DNA of 64,000 bases from Hamiltosporidium tvaerminnensis FI-OER-3-3 (taxonomy: Eukaryota > Fungi > Microsporidia). The stretch lies in contig JAKIMF020000004.1 in the NCBI GenBank assembly GCA_022605425.2, positions 1,116,001-1,180,000 on the forward strand. Direction: 5' to 3'. A model generated the notes under the pieces. It saw nothing but the letters and a program-made list of their open reading frames with translations, made no database searches and was not told where the DNA came from. Positions 51,287 to 62,274 of this stretch are shown in pieces. The position numbers were made by a program, and so were the translations under genes. Numbering within the stretch: position 1 is the first letter of the stretch; each line of letters starts with the position of its first letter.

Positions 51287-53722
51287 ATGATAATATTTCT
51301 TTCTTTTTTCATTTTTGCAATAAAATGCGAAATACTTGGAATTGACTATTCAGATGAAATGAGAACAGCTCAAAATATTCGATCTCGAAGAGTTGTATAC
51401 AAGATAAATGGAAGTTTATCGCGACCTACAATATTAGACCTTAAAGAAATGTCACCTACAAAATTCCTTTCTTATTTTACTATTGAAGACCTTTCAGATA
51501 TTTTTTGTTTTGAAAGTAAAGATTTGTGTGAAAAAGTTCCGTATTTAGTAATTTTAGAAAACAAAGAAAAACATTTTAAGATTCCTAGTTTAGAGTCACC
51601 TTTAAATTTTACAGCCTTAAATTTTCTTTTTGTTAAATATTTAAATCTGGAAAATAACAAATTTAAATGTGTTTTGTCAAAGCGATCTTATCTCACTAAA
51701 GAACAGTCCCAACAGTTGTTTCAGTCTTTTCATAAAGCAGATTACAAAGTTTCTATGGTTGTACCAGAATCTCTTTGTTTTCTAGCAGATTATATCTCAG
51801 CACTTCCCATTGAAACAGAAGAAGAAGTTAAGAAAAATAGTGAGAATGAAAAGAATGATGAGAAAACTGAGAATGAAGTTAAAGCCGACAGTGAAGTTAA
51901 AACTGAGAAAGATGAGAAAAGTGATAAAGAACAGAAAGATGAAAATGAAAAGAATGAAAAGAAAGATGAAAAAGAGAAAGACAATAATAAATACGAAGGA
52001 AGAAATTACCTTGTAATCTCTACAAGAGGTATAAAATCTGTATTTTCAATGTATTCAGTAAAAAAAACAGAAAAAAAAGTAAATTTTAAAAATTTATTTC
52101 ACCTCGAATCAGAAGATTTCAGTGACAAAACAATAAAATCAACATTTTACTCAATCGTAGAAGATATAACAGTAACCAATTTTAAAAAAGAATTTTTAGA
52201 ATCAAAAGGATCCTCAGTTGAAATACCAACCCTTATATGTTACCCAAGAGACAAAACAGTTACTCAAGAAAACAATAATTTTTTATTTTGTGATTTATCA
52301 AAAATAATAAAAAAAATAATTGAAGGAATCATAAGAAACGATGATATTTACAAACCTTTAGACATAAAAACCTACAATTTAAACAAAGAAGTTAAATTTG
52401 TGTTGTTTAACACATTTTTTGATTTAAAAGAAATAAAAAATATTTTTTTAAAAATTATTTTAGAAAAAAAAACAAAATTTGAAAATATAAAAGAAGAAAT
52501 AAAAAGTAAAATTGAAAATAAAGAATTTAAAACATTATTTTGTTCAAATTTTGTAGAAATGAAAATGTTCCAAAATATTTTTCCATTTTATTTTGAAACC
52601 AAGTATACCAATAAAGACAGTATTTCATTTGGTGCTGCGTATTTAGGAGAAAAGCATGTAAAAATACAAGACGAAAGAATTCTATATCCAACCTCAGACA
52701 CCTTATTTGGAAATTCCAAATCCAACAAAATAATTGAAAATGTTATTAAAGAAATTAAAATACGAAATGACTTTAAAAATACTCTTGAAAAATTTGAAGG
52801 CCAAAATCTTTTAAAAAATTTCAGTGAATTTTCTGACACAGAAATTGGTGAAATAATTGAAAAAGCAAAAAAACAATTTTCTAATTTAAAAGAAATGGAA
52901 AATTTTATTTCTTTAATAAAAAATAAAATTGAAGAAAATTCTAAACGAATCCGTGAAAAAGAAAGAAAAGCCAAAGAAATTGAAAGAAGAGGTGAAGGTG
53001 TTAAACAGTTAGACAATTTAATCTCAGAACTTGAAAAAGAGAATTTATTTGCAGACCTAGAAGATTTGAGTAAAGAGAGTATTTCTAAAGAAGATATAAA
53101 GGATCATAGTAAAGAAGATATCAGTAAAGATAATACTAACAAAGATAATACTACCAAAGATAATATTACCAAAGATAATATTAACAAAGAGAATACTACC
53201 AAAGAGAATATTAACAAATATAATATTAACAAAGAGAATATTAACAAAGAGAATATTATTAGAGATGTAAATACTACCATTCCTACTGATACCTCTACTA
53301 AAGAAGTAAAGAACATAGGAAGTGAACACCTTGTTGAACTTAGAGATGTATTTGTTAGTGTTAAGACTTGGTTTGAAAATAACAAAGAAAATAAAGAAAT
53401 CGGACATTCAGAATTCTTAAATCAGTTTGTTAATTTAAAATCAAAACATCGAATTATTACCACACGAATACAAAGAATGAAAGAAGAAAAAGAGAGAATT
53501 GAGAAAGAGAAGTTGGAGAAAGAGAAGTTGGAGAAAGAAGAGAAAGAAAAGGATAATAAAGGTAAGGATAATAAAGAGAAAGAAAAGGATAATAAAGAAA
53601 AGGATAATAAAGATAAAGAAAAAGAAAAGGAGAAAGAAGATATTCCAACTTTACCCTCTGAAGAAAATGAAGTCTTACCACCCTTTAATGAAACACCTTC
53701 TTTTGAAAAGACTGAGTTATAA
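51287..53722 (+). CDS. Divergent ER-luminal Hsp70-superfamily protein (Lhs1/Grp170-like)
   Basis: Signal peptide, ILGIDYS (Hsp70 phosphate-1-like), SISFGAAY (like EAVAxGAA), charged C-terminus ending KTEL. Confidence 0.7.
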   Translation: MIIFLSFFIFAIKCEILGIDYSDEMRTAQNIRSRRVVYKINGSLSRPTILDLKEMSPTKFLSYFTIEDLSDIFCFESKDLCEKVPYLVILENKEKHFKIPSLESPLNFTALNFLFVKYLNLENNKFKCVLSKRSYLTKEQSQQLFQSFHKADYKVSMVVPESLCFLADYISALPIETEEEVKKNSENEKNDEKTENEVKADSEVKTEKDEKSDKEQKDENEKNEKKDEKEKDNNKYEGRNYLVISTRGIKSVFSMYSVKKTEKKVNFKNLFHLESEDFSDKTIKSTFYSIVEDITVTNFKKEFLESKGSSVEIPTLICYPRDKTVTQENNNFLFCDLSKIIKKIIEGIIRNDDIYKPLDIKTYNLNKEVKFVLFNTFFDLKEIKNIFLKIILEKKTKFENIKEEIKSKIENKEFKTLFCSNFVEMKMFQNIFPFYFETKYTNKDSISFGAAYLGEKHVKIQDERILYPTSDTLFGNSKSNKIIENVIKEIKIRNDFKNTLEKFEGQNLLKNFSEFSDTEIGEIIEKAKKQFSNLKEMENFISLIKNKIEENSKRIREKERKAKEIERRGEGVKQLDNLISELEKENLFADLEDLSKESISKEDIKDHSKEDISKDNTNKDNTTKDNITKDNINKENTTKENINKYNINKENINKENIIRDVNTTIPTDTSTKEVKNIGSEHLVELRDVFVSVKTWFENNKENKEIGHSEFLNQFVNLKSKHRIITTRIQRMKEEKERIEKEKLEKEKLEKEEKEKDNKGKDNKEKEKDNKEKDNKDKEKEKEKEDIPTLPSEENEVLPPFNETPSFEKTEL

Positions 53723-53759
53723 TTCTAATTAAAAATATTATTTTTTTCTAGTAATGATC

Positions 53760-55083
53760 ATTGTAATTTTTATATTATGTTTTATAGTAATTTTTATAGT
53801 ATTTCCTAGTAATATTTAGTAATCTTTATAGTATTTCTTAGTAATATTTCTAGTAATGATTATAGTCTTACATTCTAATATGCTCTAGTAATGATTATAG
53901 TAATTTTTATAGTAATTCCTAGCAATATTTAGTAATCCTTATAGTATTTCCTAGTAATATTTATCATTTAGTATCCACTTAACTGTTAAAGATATTGCAA
54001 AAATAACTTATTTACATCTAAAGTATGTAAAATACATAGATTATTTATATTAAACTTTATTATATAAATCATAGTTTCTCATCCTTCTAAATAATAATTT
54101 TACATTCTCTCTATATCTATACATATAATACTTCCTTAATATTTCATATCCAAATAAGTAATTACTCTTGAGTATCTTCCTATTTTATATTTAATTTGTT
54201 TAATTTACCATTTATACTTTTCTTCTTATATTCTTCTCTTCTTATATTCTTATATACTTCTATTCTTATATTTAATCTGTTTAATTTACCATTTATACTT
54301 CTATTCTTCTTTCTTATATTTTATATTTTATATTTTATATTTTATATTTTATATTCTTCTATTCTTCTATTCTTATATTTAATCTATTTAATTTACCATT
54401 TATACTTCTATTCTTCTCTTCTTATATTTTATATTTTATATTTTATATTTTATATTTTATATTTTATATTTTATATTTTATATTTTATATTCTTCTATTC
54501 TTCTATTCTTATATTTAATCTATTTAATTTACCATTTATTTTACTTACAATTAACATATATTTCTATGAAATGTACATATATTTCTATGAAATGTTTTTA
54601 TTTGTCAGAAAAAAATACTTTTCTTTTATTAAAGATATAATTCTTTTTCTTAAGATATAATTCTTTTTTTTAAGATATAATTCTTTTTTTTAAGATATAA
54701 TGTATTCTTAAGATATAATGTATTACTTAATTATATTTTTTTAAATAAATTATTATATTTTTTATAATTCTTACTTTATTTCTTACTTTAATTCTTACTT
54801 TAATTCTTACTTTATTTCTTACTTTATTTCTTACTTTAATTTATCAACTATCTTGACATTTAAACCAAATACCAATACAAATAACATTTACCAATAACAT
54901 TTACCAATACAACTTATAAATAACATATTAACAATACAACTTATAAATAACATATTATTAATACAACTTATAAATACAACTTATAAATAACATATTATAA
55001 ATAACATATTAACAATACAACTTATAAATAACATATTACCAATACAACTTATAAATAACATATTATTAATATCACCAATACAA
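53760..55083. repeat. Intergenic mosaic of minisatellites
   Basis: TAGTA-rich units (53780-53970), (TTTTATA)n with composite units (54180-54540), ~21-bp TTAAGATATAATTCTTTT (54630-54725), 12-bp TTCTTACTTTA(A/T) (54765-54840) and ~27-bp AATACAACTTATAAATAACATATT-containing units (54905-55070). Confidence 0.85.
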
Positions 55084-55227
55084 TTGATACACCCCTTTCT
55101 ACAATCACCTATCCAATATCCACACCCCTTTACTTTCTCCACCCCCTTTTACTTCCTCCACACCCCCTTTACCTCTCCACACCCCTTTTTTTTCACAAAT
55201 ATTAAAACCCACCAAAAAAGAAAAAGA

Positions 55228-58200
55228 ATGCAACCCGAAAAAAACACAGACACCAGATACAACACAGAAATAAAAAAGAAACTTGACGCTTTCAAAACAG
55301 CAAAACAATGGTCAGATTTCATATCACTCCTCTCTTCTTTAGACACAACCCTAAAGAAACACAACACAACATACATTCCCCACAAAACCCAACTATTCAA
55401 ACGTTTAAGCCAATGTCTAAACCCTGCACTACCATCAGGTGTCCATAACAAAGTACTTCAAACATACCACATCATTTTCCAAAAATTAGACACACAAAAT
55501 TTTATAAAAAACTTTAATTTATACACACTTGGTCTCTTCTCATTCTCTATTCATACACGTTTAATTCTTAAATCTCAATATGTAACACTTATCCATACAC
55601 ATATAATACCCCTTTCTCCATATTTACATCCATTTATAAGTAATATACTTTTAGGTATTTTACCTAATCTTGATGAAGAAAATACAGATCATTATTCTCA
55701 AGCACTTAAATGTCTTAAAGATTTACTTACTCTTATACCTTTACCTTTATTTAATACATCACTTTTTTATTTATTACAAACATGTACACACCTTAGACAA
55801 CCAATTACTAATTATTTAATTAAGTATTCTATACAATATAAAGTATATATTACATTACAAACTATTAAAGCATTTTCATATTCTTTAAAAGATAAAGAAA
55901 TATTTGTATTAAGAAGTATATTAGATATACTTATAATGAAATATAATCTTAAAAAGATACTAGAGTATAGTGGTGAGGGTAGTGGTGGTGTGGGTGGTGA
56001 GGGTGGTGATGTGGGTGATGTGGGTAATGATAAGAATAAGGATAGTAGTGGGGATAGTGATAAGGATATAGATAATAAGGATAACATAGATAATGATAAC
56101 ATAGATATTAGGGATAACATAGATATTAGGGATAACATAGATAATACCCCTATCATAGATAAGGATATTAAGGATATTATAAATACAGATGTTAAGGATA
56201 AAGAAAGAAATATGATTTTAGATATTTCATTTAAAGAGAATTACAATGGGGGTAATGATAGTGGTAATAACAAAGGGGATAATGATAATAGGGGTAATGT
56301 TTTAGGTAATAATGATATAGGTAATAATGATATAGGTAACGATACTTTAAATAACCCTTTAAATAACCCTTTAAATAACCCTTTAAATAACACTTTAAAT
56401 AACCCTTTAAATAAGGATACTATTACCAATAACACCCCTTTAAATAACAACAATACCAGTAATAATATCACCCTCCACTATATCGTTGATCTCTCTGTTA
56501 ATATACTTAAATTATTTTTAAAAAGAGATATTTCCTTAACAAAACGTGTTTATAGTTTTTATGAAATATCAGATTCTATAAACAAAACCTCTTTAAATAT
56601 AATATGTCTTAGTTTATATGAATTATTAAAAAGAAAAGATTTTATTTCTTTTTTTAAGATTATGATATGTCTTAGTGATAAGAAAGATGTATGTGATAGT
56701 GTATTGTTATTAATAACACCATATTACCTATATAGGATATATGAGGTGTATGGAGTGGTGGAGGGTTATATGGGTGATATAGGTGATATTAGTTATATGG
56801 GTTATATGGGTGATATAAGTAATAGAATAGGTGATAGTAATAGAATAGGTGATAGTAATAGAATGGGTGATAGGTTAGAGAATAACCCTACTACTAACAA
56901 CCATTATACCAACAATACTACTAACAATACATCTAACCCTTATACCAACAACCCATACAACAACCTTATAAATATTAATGTAGATGTTCTTAAGTATGTT
57001 AATCTCTTTCATGATACTGTTGAAGTATCTTTTATATGGAAATTAGTTATAACATCCTTTATAAAGAGAATAAAGGGTATATGTAATGAAGAGGGTGATA
57101 TAGGTGATGAAGAGGGTGATAGTAGTTATAAGGGTGATGTAAAGGGTGATAGTGATAGTAGTGGTAGTGATAGTAGTGATAGTGGTATAGGTGATAGGGG
57201 TAGTAGTTATAAGGGTGATAATAAGTATAAAGATATAAGACATATAAATAACAGTACTAACAATAACCCTACTATTACTAATACTTATACTAACAGTACT
57301 AACCCTTATACTAATAATACTAATAACCCTAATACTAACCCCAACCCCACCCCTACCCCTACTAATAATACTACCCCTTATACTAACACACCCTCCACCC
57401 TTATTACCCCCCTACCTCTTAACCATTTTATTTATGTTTTATCTTTTTTTATTAACAACTTTAATTTCTGTGATAAAGAGGTGTTAGAAATACATATTTT
57501 ATTTTTATTTTATTTATGTTTAAAATATAAAAAGTATTTTAAAAAAGAAGAATTAACAGTATTTTTATTATTATGCATAGAGAGAATGGAGTGGTGTTGT
57601 GATAGTGGAGGTAGTGGTGATAGTGGTAGTGATATAGGTGGAGGTAGGGATGTGGGTAGTGGTAATATAGGTAATATAAGTAATATAAGTAATATAGGTA
57701 GTATAGGGTGTTATAGTGCTAGTAGTATAAGTGATATGTATAACACTATAAATGATAGTATAAATGATAACAGTATAAGGGATAAGAAAAATAAAGATAT
57801 AAATACTAAGAATACTAAGAAAAATAAGAATATAAATAATAAGAAAAATAAGGATAATAAGGATAATAATAATAACAATACTAACAATAATAAACATATC
57901 AATACTAACAATACTAACAATACCAATACTAACACACATAATATCAACCAACATAATAACAACACACATAAAAACATTGATAGTCTTAACTCTCTTCATA
58001 TTTCTATTTTTAATTATTATGAAGGTGTTAATGATAGTATTATTAATAATTTAGATATTGTTTATGTAGGGTGTTATTTATTAATATTAGGGTTTTTTAA
58101 AGATAAAAAGAATTTTCATTTTTATAATTTAATTTTAGTAAAATATTTAGAGAGAATGGGTGTGGGTAAGGGTGATAGGGGGGAGGGTGATAGTAGTAGT

Positions 58201-61200
58201 AGTAGGGGTAAGGGTTATAATAACACTAGTATAAATAATAACCCTAGTATAAATATAAATAACCCTAGTATAACTAATAACCCTTATACTAAACATATAA
58301 ATAATACCCCTTATATAAATAACCCTTATATAAATAATAACCCTTATAACCCTTATATAACTAATATAAATAACACACACATTACACCCTCCCCCATTAC
58401 ACCTCTACCTTTATCCTTCTTACATTTATATTTTAATATAATATTACAAGGTAGTGTTAATGAATTAGAAAATTCTTTAAAAATATTTAAAAATTATAAA
58501 TTAGAAGGGTTTTATTCATTAGAATTATTTAAAAAATTATGGAATAATTTTAATTTTAGAATGTGTTATTTATTATATGAATTTAATATTTTATATTGTT
58601 GTATATTTGAGAGGTATGTTATTATAAGGTTAAGTGGTATAAGTAATAACATAGAGTATTACAGTAGGGATTTAGATGATAGTATGTGTGATAGTGATAT
58701 TATGTGTGATGGTGATAGTATATGTGATAGTGATAAGAATTTAGATAATAGTAATAAGAATTATAAGAGTAGTAGTAATAAGAGTAATAAGAGTAATAGT
58801 AATAGTTATAAGAATAAGAGTAATAAGAATAAGAGTAGTAACAACCAATATAATAACAAATACACTAACCAATATACTAACCAACATACTAGTAACAAAT
58901 ACACTGATGTCTATAAAACTTCTAATCTTTTACTTTTTATTATAAATGTTTTAAGAAGTGAAGAGTTATACTTTATGGATGCATTTGTATATTTAAACAG
59001 GATATTAAGAGAGAGTATGTGGTATAAGGGTAATGATAGAGATATTAGGTATAAGGGTGATATTAGAGATACTATAAGAGATAACAGTAATACTATAAGA
59101 GATATAAATTATAAGGGTGATATTAGAGATACTAATAATAACATTAATACTATAAGAGATAACAGTAATAATATAAGAGATACTTATAATAACACACCAT
59201 CATATAACACACCATCATATAACACCCTATCATATAACACACCACCTAATATATCTAACACATCAGATGCTAATATCTTTCTTACTTGTTTGAAAAGAAT
59301 AAAACACTTTAATTCTATTTATAAATTTATATTAAATAAATTAAAGAATGCATGTATAGAAAGTAAAGAAGGATATTATTATGATATTATAGAATATGAT
59401 ATAGTATATGGAGTATTTGATTGTTTAATTAATATGTTTGAGTATTGTAATGAGTTTATTATTTTTTTAAGAAGTAGTGTGTATGTACAGGGTGATGGGT
59501 TTATGGTGTTTCTTAATAATGGGGTTGTTAATGTTAGAAAGGTTTTATTTTCTAGTTTTTTGTATTTTGTTATCAACGATGTTAAATGTGATTTAGGGTG
59601 TGGGGATGGAGGGTGTGGGTGTGAGTGTGGTGATGGAGGGTGTTATAGTAAGGATAGTAATTATAAGGATAGTAATTATAAGGATAATACTAAGGATAGT
59701 AATTATAAGGATAGTAATACTAAGGATAATGATTCTAACAATACTGACAATACTACTTACAATACTAACAATACTAATAACTATAACTATACTAATAACA
59801 ATACTAACTATAACAACTATAACAACTATAACAACCATCCAAATTATCCAAATACTAATACTAATTATCCAAATAATCACTTGTCTGAGATACGTAGAGT
59901 ACGTTTGATGGCTTTGTTTTTAATTTCTAAAATGGTAGATTTAAATATGTTAGAATCTCAAGAAATAATATCTTATGATTTAAATCCTTTTATTTCTTTT
60001 ATAATAAAAAATATAAATGATGTGTTAATTGTATGGGAATGTTTACCTTTATTAAAAATATTAACAGGTAATGAACAATGGGTGAATATTTATTTTAAAA
60101 AGGTGTTTGAATTTTTAGTTGTGTATTTTTCTAAGAAATATTCTTTTTTTATTTTTGAGATTTTAAATATAGAATTAAGGAATAAGGTTGTTCGTGAGGT
60201 GGTGAGTAGTAATATGTTGTGGGATATGGATGTTTGTGTGGTACAGGGGTATTTTTCTTATGTTTTTGGGAATAAAGAATATTTTGGGGATGTTCTTGAG
60301 AAATTGGTGTGTGGGTGTTTTAGGTATGTTGAGGGTAAAGTTGGAGGAGGAATAAGAAATTATGATATTTTAATAGGTGGTAGTATAGGTTATGTAGGTA
60401 ATAGGGAGATAGTAGAGGAATTAAAGGATAGTAAAGAAATAAAGGATGTAAATGATATAAGAAAGGATGTAAAGGATAAGAATAGAGAGATAAAGGATAT
60501 AAGAAGGGAAGTAAGGGGTAACAAGGAGATAGTAGAGGATAAGAATAGAGATGTAAAGGATAACAATAGAGATTTAAATGAATTAAGAAAGGATAATAAA
60601 GAAATAAAGGAATTAAGGGATGTAAGGGGTAACAATAGGGATTTAAATGATATAAGAAGGGATGTAAAGGATAAGAATAGAGAAATTAAGGAATTAAGAA
60701 AGGATAAGAATAAAGAAATAAATGATGTAAAGAAAACCCCTAAAACCCTACTAAATGATGTTCTTTATGATAAATATTCTACTTCTTATATGTTTACAGG
60801 GTTAAATATAAAAGAAACTTCTAATTTTATTTGTATGGATTCTTTAATAGAAGAATTTAAAAATATAAATTTTAAGAAATGTGTAGATTTAAATGTAGAA
60901 CCTTATATTTTACTTTTAGATTTTATATTTTTAAAAGAAAATATTTTATTTGCTAAATGTCTTTTAAATTTTAAATGTGAATCTATAATTTTAGAATTAA
61001 ATTCTTCAAAATTAAATCTTTATATGATTTATTTAGAAAAATTTAATAAAAATATAGAAATATTTCCTTTTTTATGTAAAATAGAGGAAAGTTTTAGTGA
61101 GGAAAGGATTTTAGTAATTTTAGAACAAAGTATTAATATTTTAAATATTATGTTTTTAGGGAAGAGTAAGAATGGAAATTTAAAACATTATATTTGGTTT

Positions 61201-62271
61201 TTAAATTTGATTTGTAAAATTAAAATGAATAAAATTACAGATAGAATTATTGAGATTGTAATTAGAATTTTAGAAAATTCTTTTACTGTTTTTTTACGTA
61301 CATTAGATTTACCAAATAAAAAGAAAGAAAATAAAGATATTTTACTTTTAATTAAAGTAATACGAAATATTTTAGAAAATATAAATATTGAAAGATATTC
61401 TTTATTGTTTAATAATGTTGTGTATGGGTTGTTGAGACAAAGGAATTATTTGTATTCTGAGTCTTTGGGTATTTTGGGGCTTTTAAAGAATTGGAAAAAA
61501 GATTTTTTTGATTTTTTTTGTGATCAAAAGTTTTTTAACGATTCGTATGAAAATATTTTGATAAAAAAGAATTTAATTTGTTCTTTTTTTTCTAGTGAAT
61601 ATGAGAAGATAGATGAGTTGTATAATCGTATGGAACAGGGATTCTTTGTTTCTAAAGAAACTGATTCTTTAAACAAATGTTCTATAATTAGAAGAATAGC
61701 TTTTCTTGTGTTTTGTTTGGATAAAAAAATTATTTATTCTAAATTTCCACCAATTATAGAAATAATAAGTGAATTTATTACGAATACATCTTCAAATATA
61801 AAGAAAGAAATAATTTTTTTAATCAAAATTATTTTAATAAAAATTGATACTGAAAAGCTTTCACATTTATGGCCTTTAATTTTTTGTGAAATATTTAATG
61901 AAAAAGAAGATTTAGAAGTTGAATGTGAGACTGTACGGCTTATTGATATTATATTTACTTTTAATTTAGAAGAAACAGTTGAAATGTTATGTGATTATGT
62001 TGGAGGTGTTGTTGTTAATGATAGTGAATTAAATTCTTCGTTTGTTCATTATTTAAGTTTGAAGAGTGGTGATGAACAGAGTCGGTGTGAAATTAAGTTT
62101 GAAGATAAAATTGTACCGCTGTGTAAATTTATTGATGTTAAAAGTAAAAGTGATTTGAAATGGTTTTATGAGAATTGTAATCAATATTTTACAGAAGCAA
62201 GAATTTTTGGAAGGGAGGTGGATTATGAATGGATAGAAGATAATGTATTATATGAGTTTATAGAGAAGTAG
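55228..62271 (+). CDS. DOP1: Dopey/DOP1 (Golgi-endosome trafficking scaffold) with nine low-complexity insertions
   Basis: Dopey_N signature WSDFISLLSSL...KRLSQCLNPALPSGVHNKVLQTY and C-terminal HLWPLIFCE. First ATG is at 55228, downstream of a CCC motif. Confidence 0.9.
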   Translation: MQPEKNTDTRYNTEIKKKLDAFKTAKQWSDFISLLSSLDTTLKKHNTTYIPHKTQLFKRLSQCLNPALPSGVHNKVLQTYHIIFQKLDTQNFIKNFNLYTLGLFSFSIHTRLILKSQYVTLIHTHIIPLSPYLHPFISNILLGILPNLDEENTDHYSQALKCLKDLLTLIPLPLFNTSLFYLLQTCTHLRQPITNYLIKYSIQYKVYITLQTIKAFSYSLKDKEIFVLRSILDILIMKYNLKKILEYSGEGSGGVGGEGGDVGDVGNDKNKDSSGDSDKDIDNKDNIDNDNIDIRDNIDIRDNIDNTPIIDKDIKDIINTDVKDKERNMILDISFKENYNGGNDSGNNKGDNDNRGNVLGNNDIGNNDIGNDTLNNPLNNPLNNPLNNTLNNPLNKDTITNNTPLNNNNTSNNITLHYIVDLSVNILKLFLKRDISLTKRVYSFYEISDSINKTSLNIICLSLYELLKRKDFISFFKIMICLSDKKDVCDSVLLLITPYYLYRIYEVYGVVEGYMGDIGDISYMGYMGDISNRIGDSNRIGDSNRMGDRLENNPTTNNHYTNNTTNNTSNPYTNNPYNNLININVDVLKYVNLFHDTVEVSFIWKLVITSFIKRIKGICNEEGDIGDEEGDSSYKGDVKGDSDSSGSDSSDSGIGDRGSSYKGDNKYKDIRHINNSTNNNPTITNTYTNSTNPYTNNTNNPNTNPNPTPTPTNNTTPYTNTPSTLITPLPLNHFIYVLSFFINNFNFCDKEVLEIHILFLFYLCLKYKKYFKKEELTVFLLLCIERMEWCCDSGGSGDSGSDIGGGRDVGSGNIGNISNISNIGSIGCYSASSISDMYNTINDSINDNSIRDKKNKDINTKNTKKNKNINNKKNKDNKDNNNNNTNNNKHINTNNTNNTNTNTHNINQHNNNTHKNIDSLNSLHISIFNYYEGVNDSIINNLDIVYVGCYLLILGFFKDKKNFHFYNLILVKYLERMGVGKGDRGEGDSSSSRGKGYNNTSINNNPSININNPSITNNPYTKHINNTPYINNPYINNNPYNPYITNINNTHITPSPITPLPLSFLHLYFNIILQGSVNELENSLKIFKNYKLEGFYSLELFKKLWNNFNFRMCYLLYEFNILYCCIFERYVIIRLSGISNNIEYYSRDLDDSMCDSDIMCDGDSICDSDKNLDNSNKNYKSSSNKSNKSNSNSYKNKSNKNKSSNNQYNNKYTNQYTNQHTSNKYTDVYKTSNLLLFIINVLRSEELYFMDAFVYLNRILRESMWYKGNDRDIRYKGDIRDTIRDNSNTIRDINYKGDIRDTNNNINTIRDNSNNIRDTYNNTPSYNTPSYNTLSYNTPPNISNTSDANIFLTCLKRIKHFNSIYKFILNKLKNACIESKEGYYYDIIEYDIVYGVFDCLINMFEYCNEFIIFLRSSVYVQGDGFMVFLNNGVVNVRKVLFSSFLYFVINDVKCDLGCGDGGCGCECGDGGCYSKDSNYKDSNYKDNTKDSNYKDSNTKDNDSNNTDNTTYNTNNTNNYNYTNNNTNYNNYNNYNNHPNYPNTNTNYPNNHLSEIRRVRLMALFLISKMVDLNMLESQEIISYDLNPFISFIIKNINDVLIVWECLPLLKILTGNEQWVNIYFKKVFEFLVVYFSKKYSFFIFEILNIELRNKVVREVVSSNMLWDMDVCVVQGYFSYVFGNKEYFGDVLEKLVCGCFRYVEGKVGGGIRNYDILIGGSIGYVGNREIVEELKDSKEIKDVNDIRKDVKDKNREIKDIRREVRGNKEIVEDKNRDVKDNNRDLNELRKDNKEIKELRDVRGNNRDLNDIRRDVKDKNREIKELRKDKNKEINDVKKTPKTLLNDVLYDKYSTSYMFTGLNIKETSNFICMDSLIEEFKNINFKKCVDLNVEPYILLLDFIFLKENILFAKCLLNFKCESIILELNSSKLNLYMIYLEKFNKNIEIFPFLCKIEESFSEERILVILEQSINILNIMFLGKSKNGNLKHYIWFLNLICKIKMNKITDRIIEIVIRILENSFTVFLRTLDLPNKKKENKDILLLIKVIRNILENINIERYSLLFNNVVYGLLRQRNYLYSESLGILGLLKNWKKDFFDFFCDQKFFNDSYENILIKKNLICSFFSSEYEKIDELYNRMEQGFFVSKETDSLNKCSIIRRIAFLVFCLDKKIIYSKFPPIIEIISEFITNTSSNIKKEIIFLIKIILIKIDTEKLSHLWPLIFCEIFNEKEDLEVECETVRLIDIIFTFNLEETVEMLCDYVGGVVVNDSELNSSFVHYLSLKSGDEQSRCEIKFEDKIVPLCKFIDVKSKSDLKWFYENCNQYFTEARIFGREVDYEWIEDNVLYEFIEK

Positions 62272-62274
62272 AAT

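Noticed and set aside
54196-54660. 154-aa hydrophobic ORF (ILYF repeats)
   Set aside because: Translation of a (TTTTATA)n minisatellite.
55084-55227. N-terminal extension of DOP1
   Set aside because: TTG start in a C-rich low-complexity tract; the first ATG is at 55228.
51472-60635. Antisense and alternate-frame ORFs within the Hsp70-like gene and DOP1
   Set aside because: Shadow ORFs of low-complexity coding repeats.
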